A stretch of 25,847 bases of DNA, from the NCBI GenBank assembly GCA_041667005.1, contig JBAYFW010000001.1, positions 1 to 25,847 on the forward strand, in the 5' to 3' direction. The DNA is from Minisyncoccota bacterium. GTDB lineage: Bacteria > Patescibacteriota > Minisyncoccia > Phycocordibacterales > PALSA-1337. Within the stretch, counting starts at the first letter, position 1, and every line of letters starts with the position of its first letter. The notes below the pieces were generated by a model. It worked only from the letters and a program-made list of their open reading frames with translations. It was not told the origin of the DNA and did no database searches. The translations under genes and the position numbers were made by a program. Shown one piece after another: positions 1-7,888 of this stretch.

Positions 1-1380
1 ATAGTTCTGGAAAGTGATCGAAGCGTAAGTTCGCGATTCTTGCTGAACCGAGACGCCTTCTTTGGCCTCAATAGCCTGATGAAGGCCATCGGACCAGCGG
101 CGACCAGGCTGCAAACGGCCGGTGAACTCGTCGACAATGACGATCTCATTGCCTTTAACAACATATTCCTTATCGCGATGATAGAGTGCGGTCGCTTTGA
201 TGGCTGTCTCCAGATGGTGAACCGACTTTATACCCTTATCGGTGTAAATATTGTCTATGCCCAAAATCTTCTCAGCTTTGCTGATGCCAGCTGCCGTCAG
301 AGAAATAGAGCGATGCTTTTCCTCGACAATATAATCTTCCTCCACCTTGAATGATCGGACCATAGAGGCAAACTGCCGATATATGCTTTCGGCATCTTTG
401 ACCGGAGCGGAAATTATGAGAGGTGTCCGGGCTTCGTCGATCAAGATTGAGTCGATCTCATCGACAATGGCATAGTTGAAATCACGCTGGCGCAAGCGGG
501 CCGGCTCATATTCCAGATTATCACGCAGATAATCAAAACCGAATTCATTATTGGTTCCGTAAGTTATGTCAGCCCTGTAGGCTTCTGGTCGAGAAACTGG
601 CCGAAGAAATTCATGAACCACTTTGAAAGCACCAATGGAGTCGCGTTCTTTATCCAACGGGTCTGTTGTGCCTTTTCCTCTTGCATTGTCATTCCCGCGA
701 AGGCGGGAATCCAGTGTCTGGCCACTTAATCCAGAATCCTTGGTTTGATCCTGGATTCCCGCCTTCGCGGGAATGACACGATCACGATGTTCCGGATCAT
801 ATACAAAGGAAGACTCATGATTGATCACACTCACCGAGAGACCAAGAGCAGCATAGATCTGACCCATCCAGACGGCATCTCGGCGAGAGAGATAATCATT
901 AACGGTTACAATATGAACACCTTTGCCGGAAAGAGCGTTCAAATATGCCGGTAAAGTCGCCACCAAAGTTTTACCTTCACCGGTCCTCATCTCGGCAATA
1001 GCACCGGAATGGAGAACCATGCCGCCCAGAAGCTGGACATCGAAATGCCGCTGACCCAAAGTCCGCCTGGCCGCTTCCCGAACCACGGCGAACGCCTCCG
1101 GCAAGATCTCGCTTAAGGCTTTCTCATAGTCAGAATCGGATTTAGAGGAATCATTAAAACTCTCGCTTTGCTCTACTTTCAAATCTCCAATCTCTAATCT
1201 CGATTCTCTTACTCCCAGCTTCTTTCTAAATTCCGCTGTTTTCGCTTTCAGTTGTTCATCACTTAAAGCCTTAATAGCCGCTTCAAAAGCGTTAATTTTG
1301 GAAACAATCGGGGCGAATTTCTTCAAGCTCCCCGTTGGTGCCGAACCGTTGAATTTGCCTAGAAATGACAGGAAAGACAT
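1..1380 (-). CDS. secA: Preprotein translocase ATPase SecA, N-terminal 460 codons (runs off the left edge)
   Basis: Hand translation from ATG at 1380 is open to base 1: MSFLSFLGK..., [28 protein letters not shown], Walker [40 protein letters not shown], Walker [57 protein letters not shown]. Confidence 0.98.
   Translation of the reverse strand, partial: MSFLSFLGKFNGSAPTGSLKKFAPIVSKINAFEAAIKALSDEQLKAKTAEFRKKLGVRESRLEIGDLKVEQSESFNDSSKSDSDYEKALSEILPEAFAVVREAARRTLGQRHFDVQLLGGMVLHSGAIAEMRTGEGKTLVATLPAYLNALSGKGVHIVTVNDYLSRRDAVWMGQIYAALGLSVSVINHESSFVYDPEHRDRVIPAKAGIQDQTKDSGLSGQTLDSRLRGNDNARGKGTTDPLDKERDSIGAFKVVHEFLRPVSRPEAYRADITYGTNNEFGFDYLRDNLEYEPARLRQRDFNYAIVDEIDSILIDEARTPLIISAPVKDAESIYRQFASMVRSFKVEEDYIVEEKHRSISLTAAGISKAEKILGIDNIYTDKGIKSVHHLETAIKATALYHRDKEYVVKGNEIVIVDEFTGRLQPGRRWSDGLHQAIEAKEGVSVQQESRTYASITFQNY
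687..778. repeat. REP/RPE-like palindromic element inserted in frame in secA
   Basis: Perfect 28-bp inverted repeats TGTCATTCCCGCGAAGGCGGGAATCCAG (687-714) and its reverse complement (751-778), with a 36-bp spacer. Each arm has an internal 8-bp stem ATTCCCGC-GAAG-GCGGGAAT. It encodes VIPAKAGIQ...LDSRLRGND in SecA. Confidence 0.93.
1171..1212. repeat. Six degenerate in-phase heptamers (consensus CTCTAAT) inside secA
   Basis: ctctact ttcaaat ctccaat ctctaat ctcgatt ctcttac; encodes [14 protein letters not shown]. Confidence 0.65.
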
Positions 1381-1386
1381 GAAAGC

Positions 1387-1395
1387 ACTTTAGCA
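1387..1395 (-). promoter_or_regulatory. Extended -10 element for a probably leaderless secA transcript
   Basis: TGC-TAAAGT lies 6 nt before the secA ATG; no SD motif. Confidence 0.55.
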
Positions 1396-1406
1396 CAAAA
1401 CTTGCT

Positions 1407-2417
1407 CTAATTCACCCACTCCACCTCAGCTTCAATCTTAATGCCTGTCTTTTCAAAGACACAATTGGCAATCTCCCGGCTCAGTTCCATAACCTCAGAA
1501 GCCGTTGCCCCGGAACGAGCCACGATAACCAAGGCCTGCTTTTCATATAGATAAACATGTTCATGGCCTTTGCCTTTAAGTTTGCAAACCTTGTCGATAA
1601 TCCAGCCAAGAGAAACTTTTACAAAACCATTTGGTTCTGGATAGCTCGGCAAATCAGGATAATGGAGTTTCAATTCGACAGACTGTTGCAGAGAAATAAT
1701 CGGGTTCTTGAAGTAAGAACCGGCCGTTCCCCACTGTTTCCAATCGGGTAGTTTGGCCGCTCTGATACCAATAACAGCTTCCCGAACCTCGGCTGGTGTT
1801 GGTAACCGCCCCAAATTCTTCTCTTTGAAATAGAGAACCAAATCTTTATACTCTATATTGACTCGCCCATCCCGAGTCAGCTTGAAAACTGTCCGGCTGA
1901 TTATATGACGACCTTTTTGATGTTTGAAAATACTATCTCGATAGGCGAAAGCGCATTCGGCTTTGGAGAGATTACTGAAATTTAAATTTTGCGTATCAAG
2001 AACTCGAACTGATTCAAGAACATCCCCAATATCAACTCCGTAAGCGCCAATATTCTGGACGGCCACCGCCCCAACTGTCCCTGGTATGGCCGAAAGGTTC
2101 TCAAGACCGCAAAAACCTCGACTGACCGACTCGGCAACGAGATCATCCCAAATTTCGCCGGCCGCGGCCGATACGCGATCATCAGAAAAAGTTACACCCT
2201 TAAGCTCCATCTTTATGACCAAACCGGCAAAACCAGCATCAGAGATGAGAAGATTAGAGCCGCTCCCTAAGACAAAATAAGGAATATTCTTCTCCTGGGA
2301 AAATTTGACAGCCTCAACTAAGTCTTCCTCGCTTGCAACCTCACAAAAGAACCGGGCCGGGCCGCCAATTTTAAAAGTCGTATACTGAGCAAGAGGAATG
2401 TTTTCTTTGATTTGCAT
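1407..2417 (-). CDS. murB: UDP-N-acetylenolpyruvoylglucosamine reductase
   Basis: YTTFKIGGPA, LGSGSNLL, GLENLSAIPGTVG, QNIGAYG, YRDSIFK, GTAGSYFKNP, C-terminal EAEV. Confidence 0.97.
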   Translation of the reverse strand: MQIKENIPLAQYTTFKIGGPARFFCEVASEEDLVEAVKFSQEKNIPYFVLGSGSNLLISDAGFAGLVIKMELKGVTFSDDRVSAAAGEIWDDLVAESVSRGFCGLENLSAIPGTVGAVAVQNIGAYGVDIGDVLESVRVLDTQNLNFSNLSKAECAFAYRDSIFKHQKGRHIISRTVFKLTRDGRVNIEYKDLVLYFKEKNLGRLPTPAEVREAVIGIRAAKLPDWKQWGTAGSYFKNPIISLQQSVELKLHYPDLPSYPEPNGFVKVSLGWIIDKVCKLKGKGHEHVYLYEKQALVIVARSGATASEVMELSREIANCVFEKTGIKIEAEVEWVN

Positions 2418-2488
2418 GATGAAATAGGCATACCGGAAGTCAAAGCCTCTCTACTTAGCTTGATAAGTTATTTTAATAAAGTTTTGCG

Positions 2489-2565
2489 CCCAATGATGGC
2501 GACGGGTGCGAGCTCCAAATAAAATGTTTAAATTTAATGTGAGTACAGCCGTCGCCATCATTTGG
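2489..2565. repeat. ~77-bp hairpin with a perfect 14-bp inverted repeat in the putative murB leader
   Basis: AATGATGGCGACGG (2492-2505) and CCGTCGCCATCATT (2549-2562), extendable with mismatches, around an AT-rich centre. Confidence 0.8.
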
Positions 2566-2579
2566 TACAATCCTGATTT

Positions 2580-2609
2580 ATTATAACCTGAATTTCAATA
2601 AAAATGCAA
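2580..2609 (-). promoter_or_regulatory. Sigma70-type promoter upstream of murB
   Basis: TTGCAT (2609-2604), 18 bp, TATAAT (2585-2580). Confidence 0.55.
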
Positions 2610-2641
2610 AGCGAACAACCAAAAAGGCCGATCTGGACCCT

Positions 2642-2676
2642 AAAACGCAAAAACCCGCCGAGTGCGGGACTTTGCG
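2642..2676 (-). terminator. Intrinsic terminator
   Basis: The minus strand reads CGCAAAGT-CCCGC-ACTCG-GCGGG-TTTTTGCGTTTT. Confidence 0.75.
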
Positions 2677-2714
2677 AAACATTTATTCTTGGAAACTCAC
2701 TGTATCACGAGTTT

Positions 2715-2742
2715 ATCTTACCATATTTACAGACAAAAGCAA
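2715..2742 (-). promoter_or_regulatory. Sigma70-type promoter with extended -10, pointing at the 2642-2676 terminator
   Basis: TTGCTT (2742-2737), 16 bp, TAAGAT (2720-2715), preceded by TGG. Confidence 0.45.
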
Positions 2743-2758
2743 GCGAGAAATCCCCAAG

Positions 2759-2767
2759 TTATCCACA
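2759..2767 (+). promoter_or_regulatory. Single perfect DnaA box
   Basis: TTATCCACA matches the consensus TTATNCACA. Confidence 0.5.
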
Positions 2768-2788
2768 GTTTGATAAACAAAAACAGAG

Positions 2789-2874
2789 ATTTGTAATTGG
2801 ATATTAGTAATTAGGAAATCACATTTTTTAATTGTTCTCTTCTCATCTCTAATTTCTAATCTCTAATCTCTAAT
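2789..2874. repeat. Two inverted arrays of heptamer repeats downstream of the ligase-like gene
   Basis: atttgta attggat attagta attagga (2789-2816) faces ttctcat ctctaat ttctaat ctctaat ctctaat (2840-2874). Confidence 0.75.
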
Positions 2875-2877
2875 TCG

Positions 2878-5232
2878 CTACTTGATGCTTTTAATGATCG
2901 CTTCAATCTGATCTTTAAGATCAGGCCGATCTTTCTCCATACCACGCAAAGTCGCAACCGATTGAGAAATGTAACCGGCTGTATATTGGATCTGGGCTAG
3001 CCGGAGAGGCAGGTTTATATCAGACGGAGTGGCCGCGGCCAGCTTTTTGTAGACGGCGATAGCCTTGTCATATTCCTTGAGGCTAACATATGCCTGAGCC
3101 ATTTGGGCTGTCTCAAAGATCGTCGTGTCCGGAGCGGCGATCATCCGGGCGACATTTTCCTGTCCGGCTAGAACCAAAACCGTCAGATAGGCGGCCTTAA
3201 CCTGATAGAAATCCGGCGCCGCTTCATAGGCGCCCTTCAAGAGGCTCAAAGCTTCGGCCAGTTTGCCGTTATTCAGATACGTAGTGGCCAACTCCAAACT
3301 GATTGTTTGCTTAGCCGGAGAAAGCTCATGGGCGGAGAGAAGAATTGGTAAAGACTCGGTAAATTTGCCAACACTATTCAGATATGAACCGCCCAAAGTG
3401 TAGATCCGAGTGTCCTTAGGAGTAACAGAGATTTGGTCTTTGAGAGCCGTGTCAGCCAAAGCGAAGAAAGCCTGTTTGGTCGGACCAGGAACTTGAGCGG
3501 CGCTAATCGTCCGGCCGGCACAGAAGAGAATCTGTTCCCTGATCTCTTGATTGGCGGCGTAGGAATTGACATTCAAGGCGCTTTGGAACAGAGCGGCATC
3601 AGGGCTATTGCTACCGGAACAGCTCTGCATGGCATAAATCAGTTGGGTATTAGCCCGAATAACCCTGATATTAAAGAAGTAAATGCCGGCAATCAAAACC
3701 ACAATAACAATTGGCAAAACAATGTATTCGACGGCGTCATTCCTTGTCGGCTTGATTCCGAAAGGCCGGACCGCCCACTCACTTGAAAAAGTGTTGACCA
3801 GGCCTAGGGCAGCAAAGAACAAAGCGTAACTGGCCAGGTTATCGAAGACGAAGAAGTTATGGATAGCGTAGCCGGCCAAGAGCCCAGTTAGAAGGCTTTT
3901 CTCGGCCAGAGAAAGATTGTTCTTCCTCTGCCAAATGACTCGAAGGAATATGATATAGAGTGCGAGATAGGCAATAAGCCCAACAAAACCGGTCGCCACG
4001 AACCAGTCAAGAAAGACATTGTGAGCCCGGTCGAACCATTGCTCCTGGTTGTACATAGCCGGGTTGTAGTTGGCGTTGAAGATATAATTGAAATTCTCCT
4101 GGCCCCAACCGAAAATCGGTCTTTCCATAGTTCCTTTCAAAGCCATCGGCCAGATGTAACCGCGAGCCTGAGTCTTAACATCGGAGAGAGAAATTGTTGC
4201 CAAACGGTTCAGAACTTCGCTATTTTTTATGAACTGGCTGCCACGATTGAACCAGAAAACTAGACCGACTAGGATGATGAGAATAACGATGCCCGCCGAA
4301 ATAAACCTGGAAATCCTGGCTTCCTTCTTGGCCAGAAGAGCATATAGAACCAAGGCTAAAATAATTCCGCCAAGCAAGCCAAGAATCGTACCGCGAGTCT
4401 GTGTTTCAAAAATCAGAAATGAAAAAAGAAGGGGCAAGATGTAGTACGGATAAAGAACGGCCAAAACAAAGACGATAAAACCGACCAGGAATGACCAGAA
4501 ATGGGCTTTGATGAAAACCCCTAGAAGCGGCAAAAAGGCGCTTGATTCAGAGGCTCCGTAGACGAAAGTCAGGAAGATTATGGCCGACACGATCGAGAGC
4601 CAGAAGATCCAAAGACGTTCCCTTCTGATCTTCCAGGTCCACCTAACCTTCTCTCCCAGGAAAAGATAGACAACCATACCGGCATTGATGAGCATGTAGA
4701 CGGCCAGATAAGCCGAGTTACCAAGTGAGGCATCAAGACGAGTGCTACCTTGATGAATAGCCAGGACTCCACCCAATTGCAAAAGTCCATAAAGAGCGGC
4801 AACCAGAGCCGTACCTAAAGAAAAGAGCAGCCAATTCTTCCAATGGCGCCGACCCTCCTCGCCATGGCCAAAAAGACTAGTTGAAGTCACGAAGAACATC
4901 CAGAGATGAAGAACAGTGATCCAGCCTTCCATACGCTCAAAGTTAGACCAGAAGCTTCGAAGCGGATTAACTCCCAGAAGATTAGCCACCAAGCTAACTA
5001 GGGCGAATATGGAAATAGCCAGGAAAAGCGGGGTGATCTTCGGCCGATATTTCGCATCAATGAAGGCCAAGATAAGCCAAGCGGCGAAAGCCACCTCGAC
5101 CAACATTCGGAAATAGAAAGCTTTTCCGGTTATGAAAGGAAAAAATAAAGAGTTATCGACAATAAGCGGGAAAAAAGGGATCAGAAACAAAGCGGTAAAA
5201 GCCACAGCCGATGAGATTTTTTTTATTTGCAT
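2878..5232 (-). CDS. O-antigen ligase-like (Wzy_C/WaaL/PglL-type) polytopic membrane protein with C-terminal TPR-like repeats
   Basis: Many TM segments; GN-x-xYLA, TQTRG, RGYIWPMA...RPIFGWGQENF and DRAHNVFLD motifs; helical C-terminus with TPR-like patterns (LAQIQYTAG, KAIAVYKK). Confidence 0.85.
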   Translation of the reverse strand: MQIKKISSAVAFTALFLIPFFPLIVDNSLFFPFITGKAFYFRMLVEVAFAAWLILAFIDAKYRPKITPLFLAISIFALVSLVANLLGVNPLRSFWSNFERMEGWITVLHLWMFFVTSTSLFGHGEEGRRHWKNWLLFSLGTALVAALYGLLQLGGVLAIHQGSTRLDASLGNSAYLAVYMLINAGMVVYLFLGEKVRWTWKIRRERLWIFWLSIVSAIIFLTFVYGASESSAFLPLLGVFIKAHFWSFLVGFIVFVLAVLYPYYILPLLFSFLIFETQTRGTILGLLGGIILALVLYALLAKKEARISRFISAGIVILIILVGLVFWFNRGSQFIKNSEVLNRLATISLSDVKTQARGYIWPMALKGTMERPIFGWGQENFNYIFNANYNPAMYNQEQWFDRAHNVFLDWFVATGFVGLIAYLALYIIFLRVIWQRKNNLSLAEKSLLTGLLAGYAIHNFFVFDNLASYALFFAALGLVNTFSSEWAVRPFGIKPTRNDAVEYIVLPIVIVVLIAGIYFFNIRVIRANTQLIYAMQSCSGSNSPDAALFQSALNVNSYAANQEIREQILFCAGRTISAAQVPGPTKQAFFALADTALKDQISVTPKDTRIYTLGGSYLNSVGKFTESLPILLSAHELSPAKQTISLELATTYLNNGKLAEALSLLKGAYEAAPDFYQVKAAYLTVLVLAGQENVARMIAAPDTTIFETAQMAQAYVSLKEYDKAIAVYKKLAAATPSDINLPLRLAQIQYTAGYISQSVATLRGMEKDRPDLKDQIEAIIKSIK

Positions 5233-5256
5233 AAGTTCTTTTATTAAGTTTTGGTC

Positions 5257-5265
5257 ACTATAACA
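5257..5265 (-). promoter_or_regulatory. Extended -10 element upstream of the ligase-like gene
   Basis: TGT-TATAGT, 24 nt before the ATG. Confidence 0.4.
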
Positions 5266-5295
5266 TAAGGGGTATCGGAAATACTAGAGTCGAAG

Positions 5296-6405
5296 TCAGT
5301 AGGGCTCGCCCACTATTCTTTTACGAAGCTCCGGCACATCGACATAGCCCCCCAAGACCGGTTCATTTTCCGCCAATTTCACCAAAAGGCGCAATGTCGC
5401 CTTCTCGGTCGGGTGGGCCGGATCGTAGAGTTCCTTGTCTGACGATCCAATGGCCTTAAGATCTCGCAGATCATAAAAGCGATAGCCGTGCTGACTGAAT
5501 ACGGCCCTGAGTTGGCTCGGGACTTTCCGGATGTTATCTCCATATTCGCCGGGAAGAGACTGGATCTTTTCGTAAATCTCTTCGGCATAAGGAGAAAAGT
5601 AGCCGATAACATATACATTTCTCTGGCGGCTAGCTTCGAGGAAATTTCCGATTTCGGTTAAATTTTCCGGATCAGCCGTCGAATCAAAGCTGGCTACGGG
5701 CTTTCCAGCCACAATTCCCGATAGATTTTGTGCTATGAGATTTGGCACTTTTTCGATTATGACTTTAATCTCTTCAGCATTCCCACGGGAAAGGCTTCCG
5801 TCTTTTCGATATCCTTCGTGGCGAATCAGAGCATTCAAACCAATCGACGGCAAAATGGCTTTTTCCCTAAGTAGTCCGGACAGACTGAATTTCTTGTTAA
5901 GATAGCTTATATAAACCTCACGCCAACCGGAAACAAGAAAAAGCTTAAGGCCCGTAAGCATTTCTCCACCCCTCACGGTTTCCTCTGGAGCGCGCTCATC
6001 AGTTAGAAAATTAGATAAGTCCAAAAGAATTACTTTGAGTTTGGCCTCTTTTGGAATATTGGCTAGAAATTCACGCAATTCGGAAACTTTATGCATCGGC
6101 ACGCCGGCATTATAGAAAGCCGTCCCGTCCTTAAAGAAATCAGAACGAAAGGTTAGCGTCCGAGAGCGTCCGAACACGGCGATTTCCGGATCATGAACAA
6201 TCGTTTGGAAAATCTTATACGATTTGTCGTTTATGCCGGTAAAGGCCGACATGTAAAGAATATCTTGTGAACTTTCATTCTGCTGTCTGACAACCGTCTG
6301 GGCCGAAAGAAATTCTCCGCTCAATACGAATACGGTAAACGGAAATAATAGCAACACCGCGATCGGAATCAGGAAAATCAGAAGTTTTACTAGGAATAGT
6401 TTCAT
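5296..6405 (-). CDS. Membrane-anchored SGNH-like protein (DltD/AlgJ/PatB-type acyl relay)
   Basis: N-terminal TM helix, VFGRSR (candidate catalytic Ser block), C-terminal YDPAH (DxxH); starts 3 nt after the MBOAT stop. Confidence 0.7.
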   Translation of the reverse strand: MKLFLVKLLIFLIPIAVLLLFPFTVFVLSGEFLSAQTVVRQQNESSQDILYMSAFTGINDKSYKIFQTIVHDPEIAVFGRSRTLTFRSDFFKDGTAFYNAGVPMHKVSELREFLANIPKEAKLKVILLDLSNFLTDERAPEETVRGGEMLTGLKLFLVSGWREVYISYLNKKFSLSGLLREKAILPSIGLNALIRHEGYRKDGSLSRGNAEEIKVIIEKVPNLIAQNLSGIVAGKPVASFDSTADPENLTEIGNFLEASRQRNVYVIGYFSPYAEEIYEKIQSLPGEYGDNIRKVPSQLRAVFSQHGYRFYDLRDLKAIGSSDKELYDPAHPTEKATLRLLVKLAENEPVLGGYVDVPELRKRIVGEPY

Positions 6406-6408
6406 TGT

Positions 6409-7887
6409 TTAAAATTGGAAATATATGAAAGTCCGGGCGCCTAAATATCCAACTCCTAGAATCGTAAAAATTAGGAGATAATACCATCCCCAGCGAAGCA
6501 AAAGACTTTTGTTTTCGAAGATAAACTGGGTCTTTCGCTTAGCTTTCAAATATTGGATATACTCGAGAAGAATCATCGCCAGAACTATTACGAGAATCGA
6601 TTGCGAACGGAGGCCGATATTTTCAAGAGTAAATATATTCCTCCAATTGAGTAAGAATGACGGCAAATCGGAGAAAGCCCGTCCAAGTTTTTCGAATACC
6701 TGAAAGGCCTGGCCCAGGCTTGCCGCCCGGAAAAAGACAAAGCTGATCGTTACCAATATGAAGGTCGCGATCACCTGCCAAGATTTCTCTAATGACGGTC
6801 TTTCGGCAAGTCCAATCGCCCGAGAAAGGTGTTTCCTGATTTTGGCTGTCCAGATTGAAAATACGCTATACAGCCCATGAATCAAGCCGAAAACAACATA
6901 GGTCCAGTTGGCTCCATGCCATAAGCCAATCAAAGTGAAAGTCACGAGGAGACTCAAATTGATTCTTGATTTTGTCACTCTTTTACCGGCCAGGGCCAGC
7001 GGATAATAGAGGTAATCACGAAGCCAATTTGACAGAGAAATGTGCCAGCGGCGCCAGAAATCTCCGATCGATCGGGCTGAGAAAGGCCGATTGAAATTGT
7101 TAGTGAGATCATAGCCGAAGACCAAGGCCGAACCGACGGCTATATCAGAGTAGCCGGAAAAATCGCAATACAACTGGTACGAGAAAGCGAAAACGGCCAG
7201 GAAAACGGTAAAGCCGTTCATTACTTCGAGATTGGAGTAAACGGCGTTGACCAAGGGCGCGATCTTGTCGGCAATGACCAGTTTCTTCCAAAGGCCCCAG
7301 AGTATGAGTTCCAGTCCACGTCTGACCTTCAATGAATCGAAAGGATGTTGTTCCCGGAATTGGTGGAGCATATGCTGAGGCCTTTCGATCGGTCCGGCCA
7401 CAAGTTGGGGAAAGAACATTATATAGAGCGCGTATATTCCGAGATTACGTTCCGGTTCCTGTTTGCCGCGATAGACCTCGATCACATAACTCAGACTTTG
7501 GAAGATATGGAAAGACAGTCCCAGAGGCAAGGTAATTTGGAGGATAACGAGCGGATAATTCCAATGGATGATGCTGGCCAAAGCTGCTGCGTTTTCGCTA
7601 AAGAAGTTAAAGTACTTGAAAAAGAAAAGTGCACCGAGGTTGGCAACGAGGCTACCGATAAGGAAAAATCTCCGCCTTGTGCCCGTTGCCTTCGAAATCC
7701 GCAAACCGAAAAAGAAATCGGTCGCGATCAACGCAAACAAGATGAGAACGTAGGCCGGCACGAAAGCCATGTAGAAGTAGCAGCTGGCCACAAATAGAAG
7801 CGCCGGCCGGTACCGGTTCGGGATCGAGTAGTAAGCGATGAAAACCGCCGGCAAAAATATCAGAAACTGGAGAGAGTTGAAAAGCAT
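6409..7887 (-). CDS. MBOAT family O-acyltransferase (AlgI/DltB/PatA-like)
   Basis: MLFNSLQF start, LPLGLSFHIFQ, FFPQLVAGPIER, YCDFSGYSDIA, DFWRRWHISLS, catalytic GLWHGA, C-terminal FIYFQF. Start placed at the ATG at 7887, adjacent to the SDR stop, rather than 7914. Confidence 0.95.
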   Translation of the reverse strand: MLFNSLQFLIFLPAVFIAYYSIPNRYRPALLFVASCYFYMAFVPAYVLILFALIATDFFFGLRISKATGTRRRFFLIGSLVANLGALFFFKYFNFFSENAAALASIIHWNYPLVILQITLPLGLSFHIFQSLSYVIEVYRGKQEPERNLGIYALYIMFFPQLVAGPIERPQHMLHQFREQHPFDSLKVRRGLELILWGLWKKLVIADKIAPLVNAVYSNLEVMNGFTVFLAVFAFSYQLYCDFSGYSDIAVGSALVFGYDLTNNFNRPFSARSIGDFWRRWHISLSNWLRDYLYYPLALAGKRVTKSRINLSLLVTFTLIGLWHGANWTYVVFGLIHGLYSVFSIWTAKIRKHLSRAIGLAERPSLEKSWQVIATFILVTISFVFFRAASLGQAFQVFEKLGRAFSDLPSFLLNWRNIFTLENIGLRSQSILVIVLAMILLEYIQYLKAKRKTQFIFENKSLLLRWGWYYLLIFTILGVGYLGARTFIYFQF

Positions 7888-7888
7888 T

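Noticed and set aside
40-954. Plus-strand ORFs 40-354 and 745-954 in the ORF track
   Set aside because: They are antisense shadows of secA. The [11 protein letters not shown] start of the second is just the palindromic element read on the other strand.
1390-1410. TTAGCAC upstream of secA resembling a CIRCE half-site
   Set aside because: The second half-site GAGTGCTAA is absent; the sequence is explained by the extended -10 element.
2455-2820. Replication origin (DnaA box plus AT-rich stretches)
   Set aside because: Only one perfect box, no cluster of boxes, and no dnaA or dnaN nearby.
2789-2874. CRISPR array
   Set aside because: The units are contiguous 7-mers without spacers; no repeat-spacer structure or cas gene occurs anywhere in the window.
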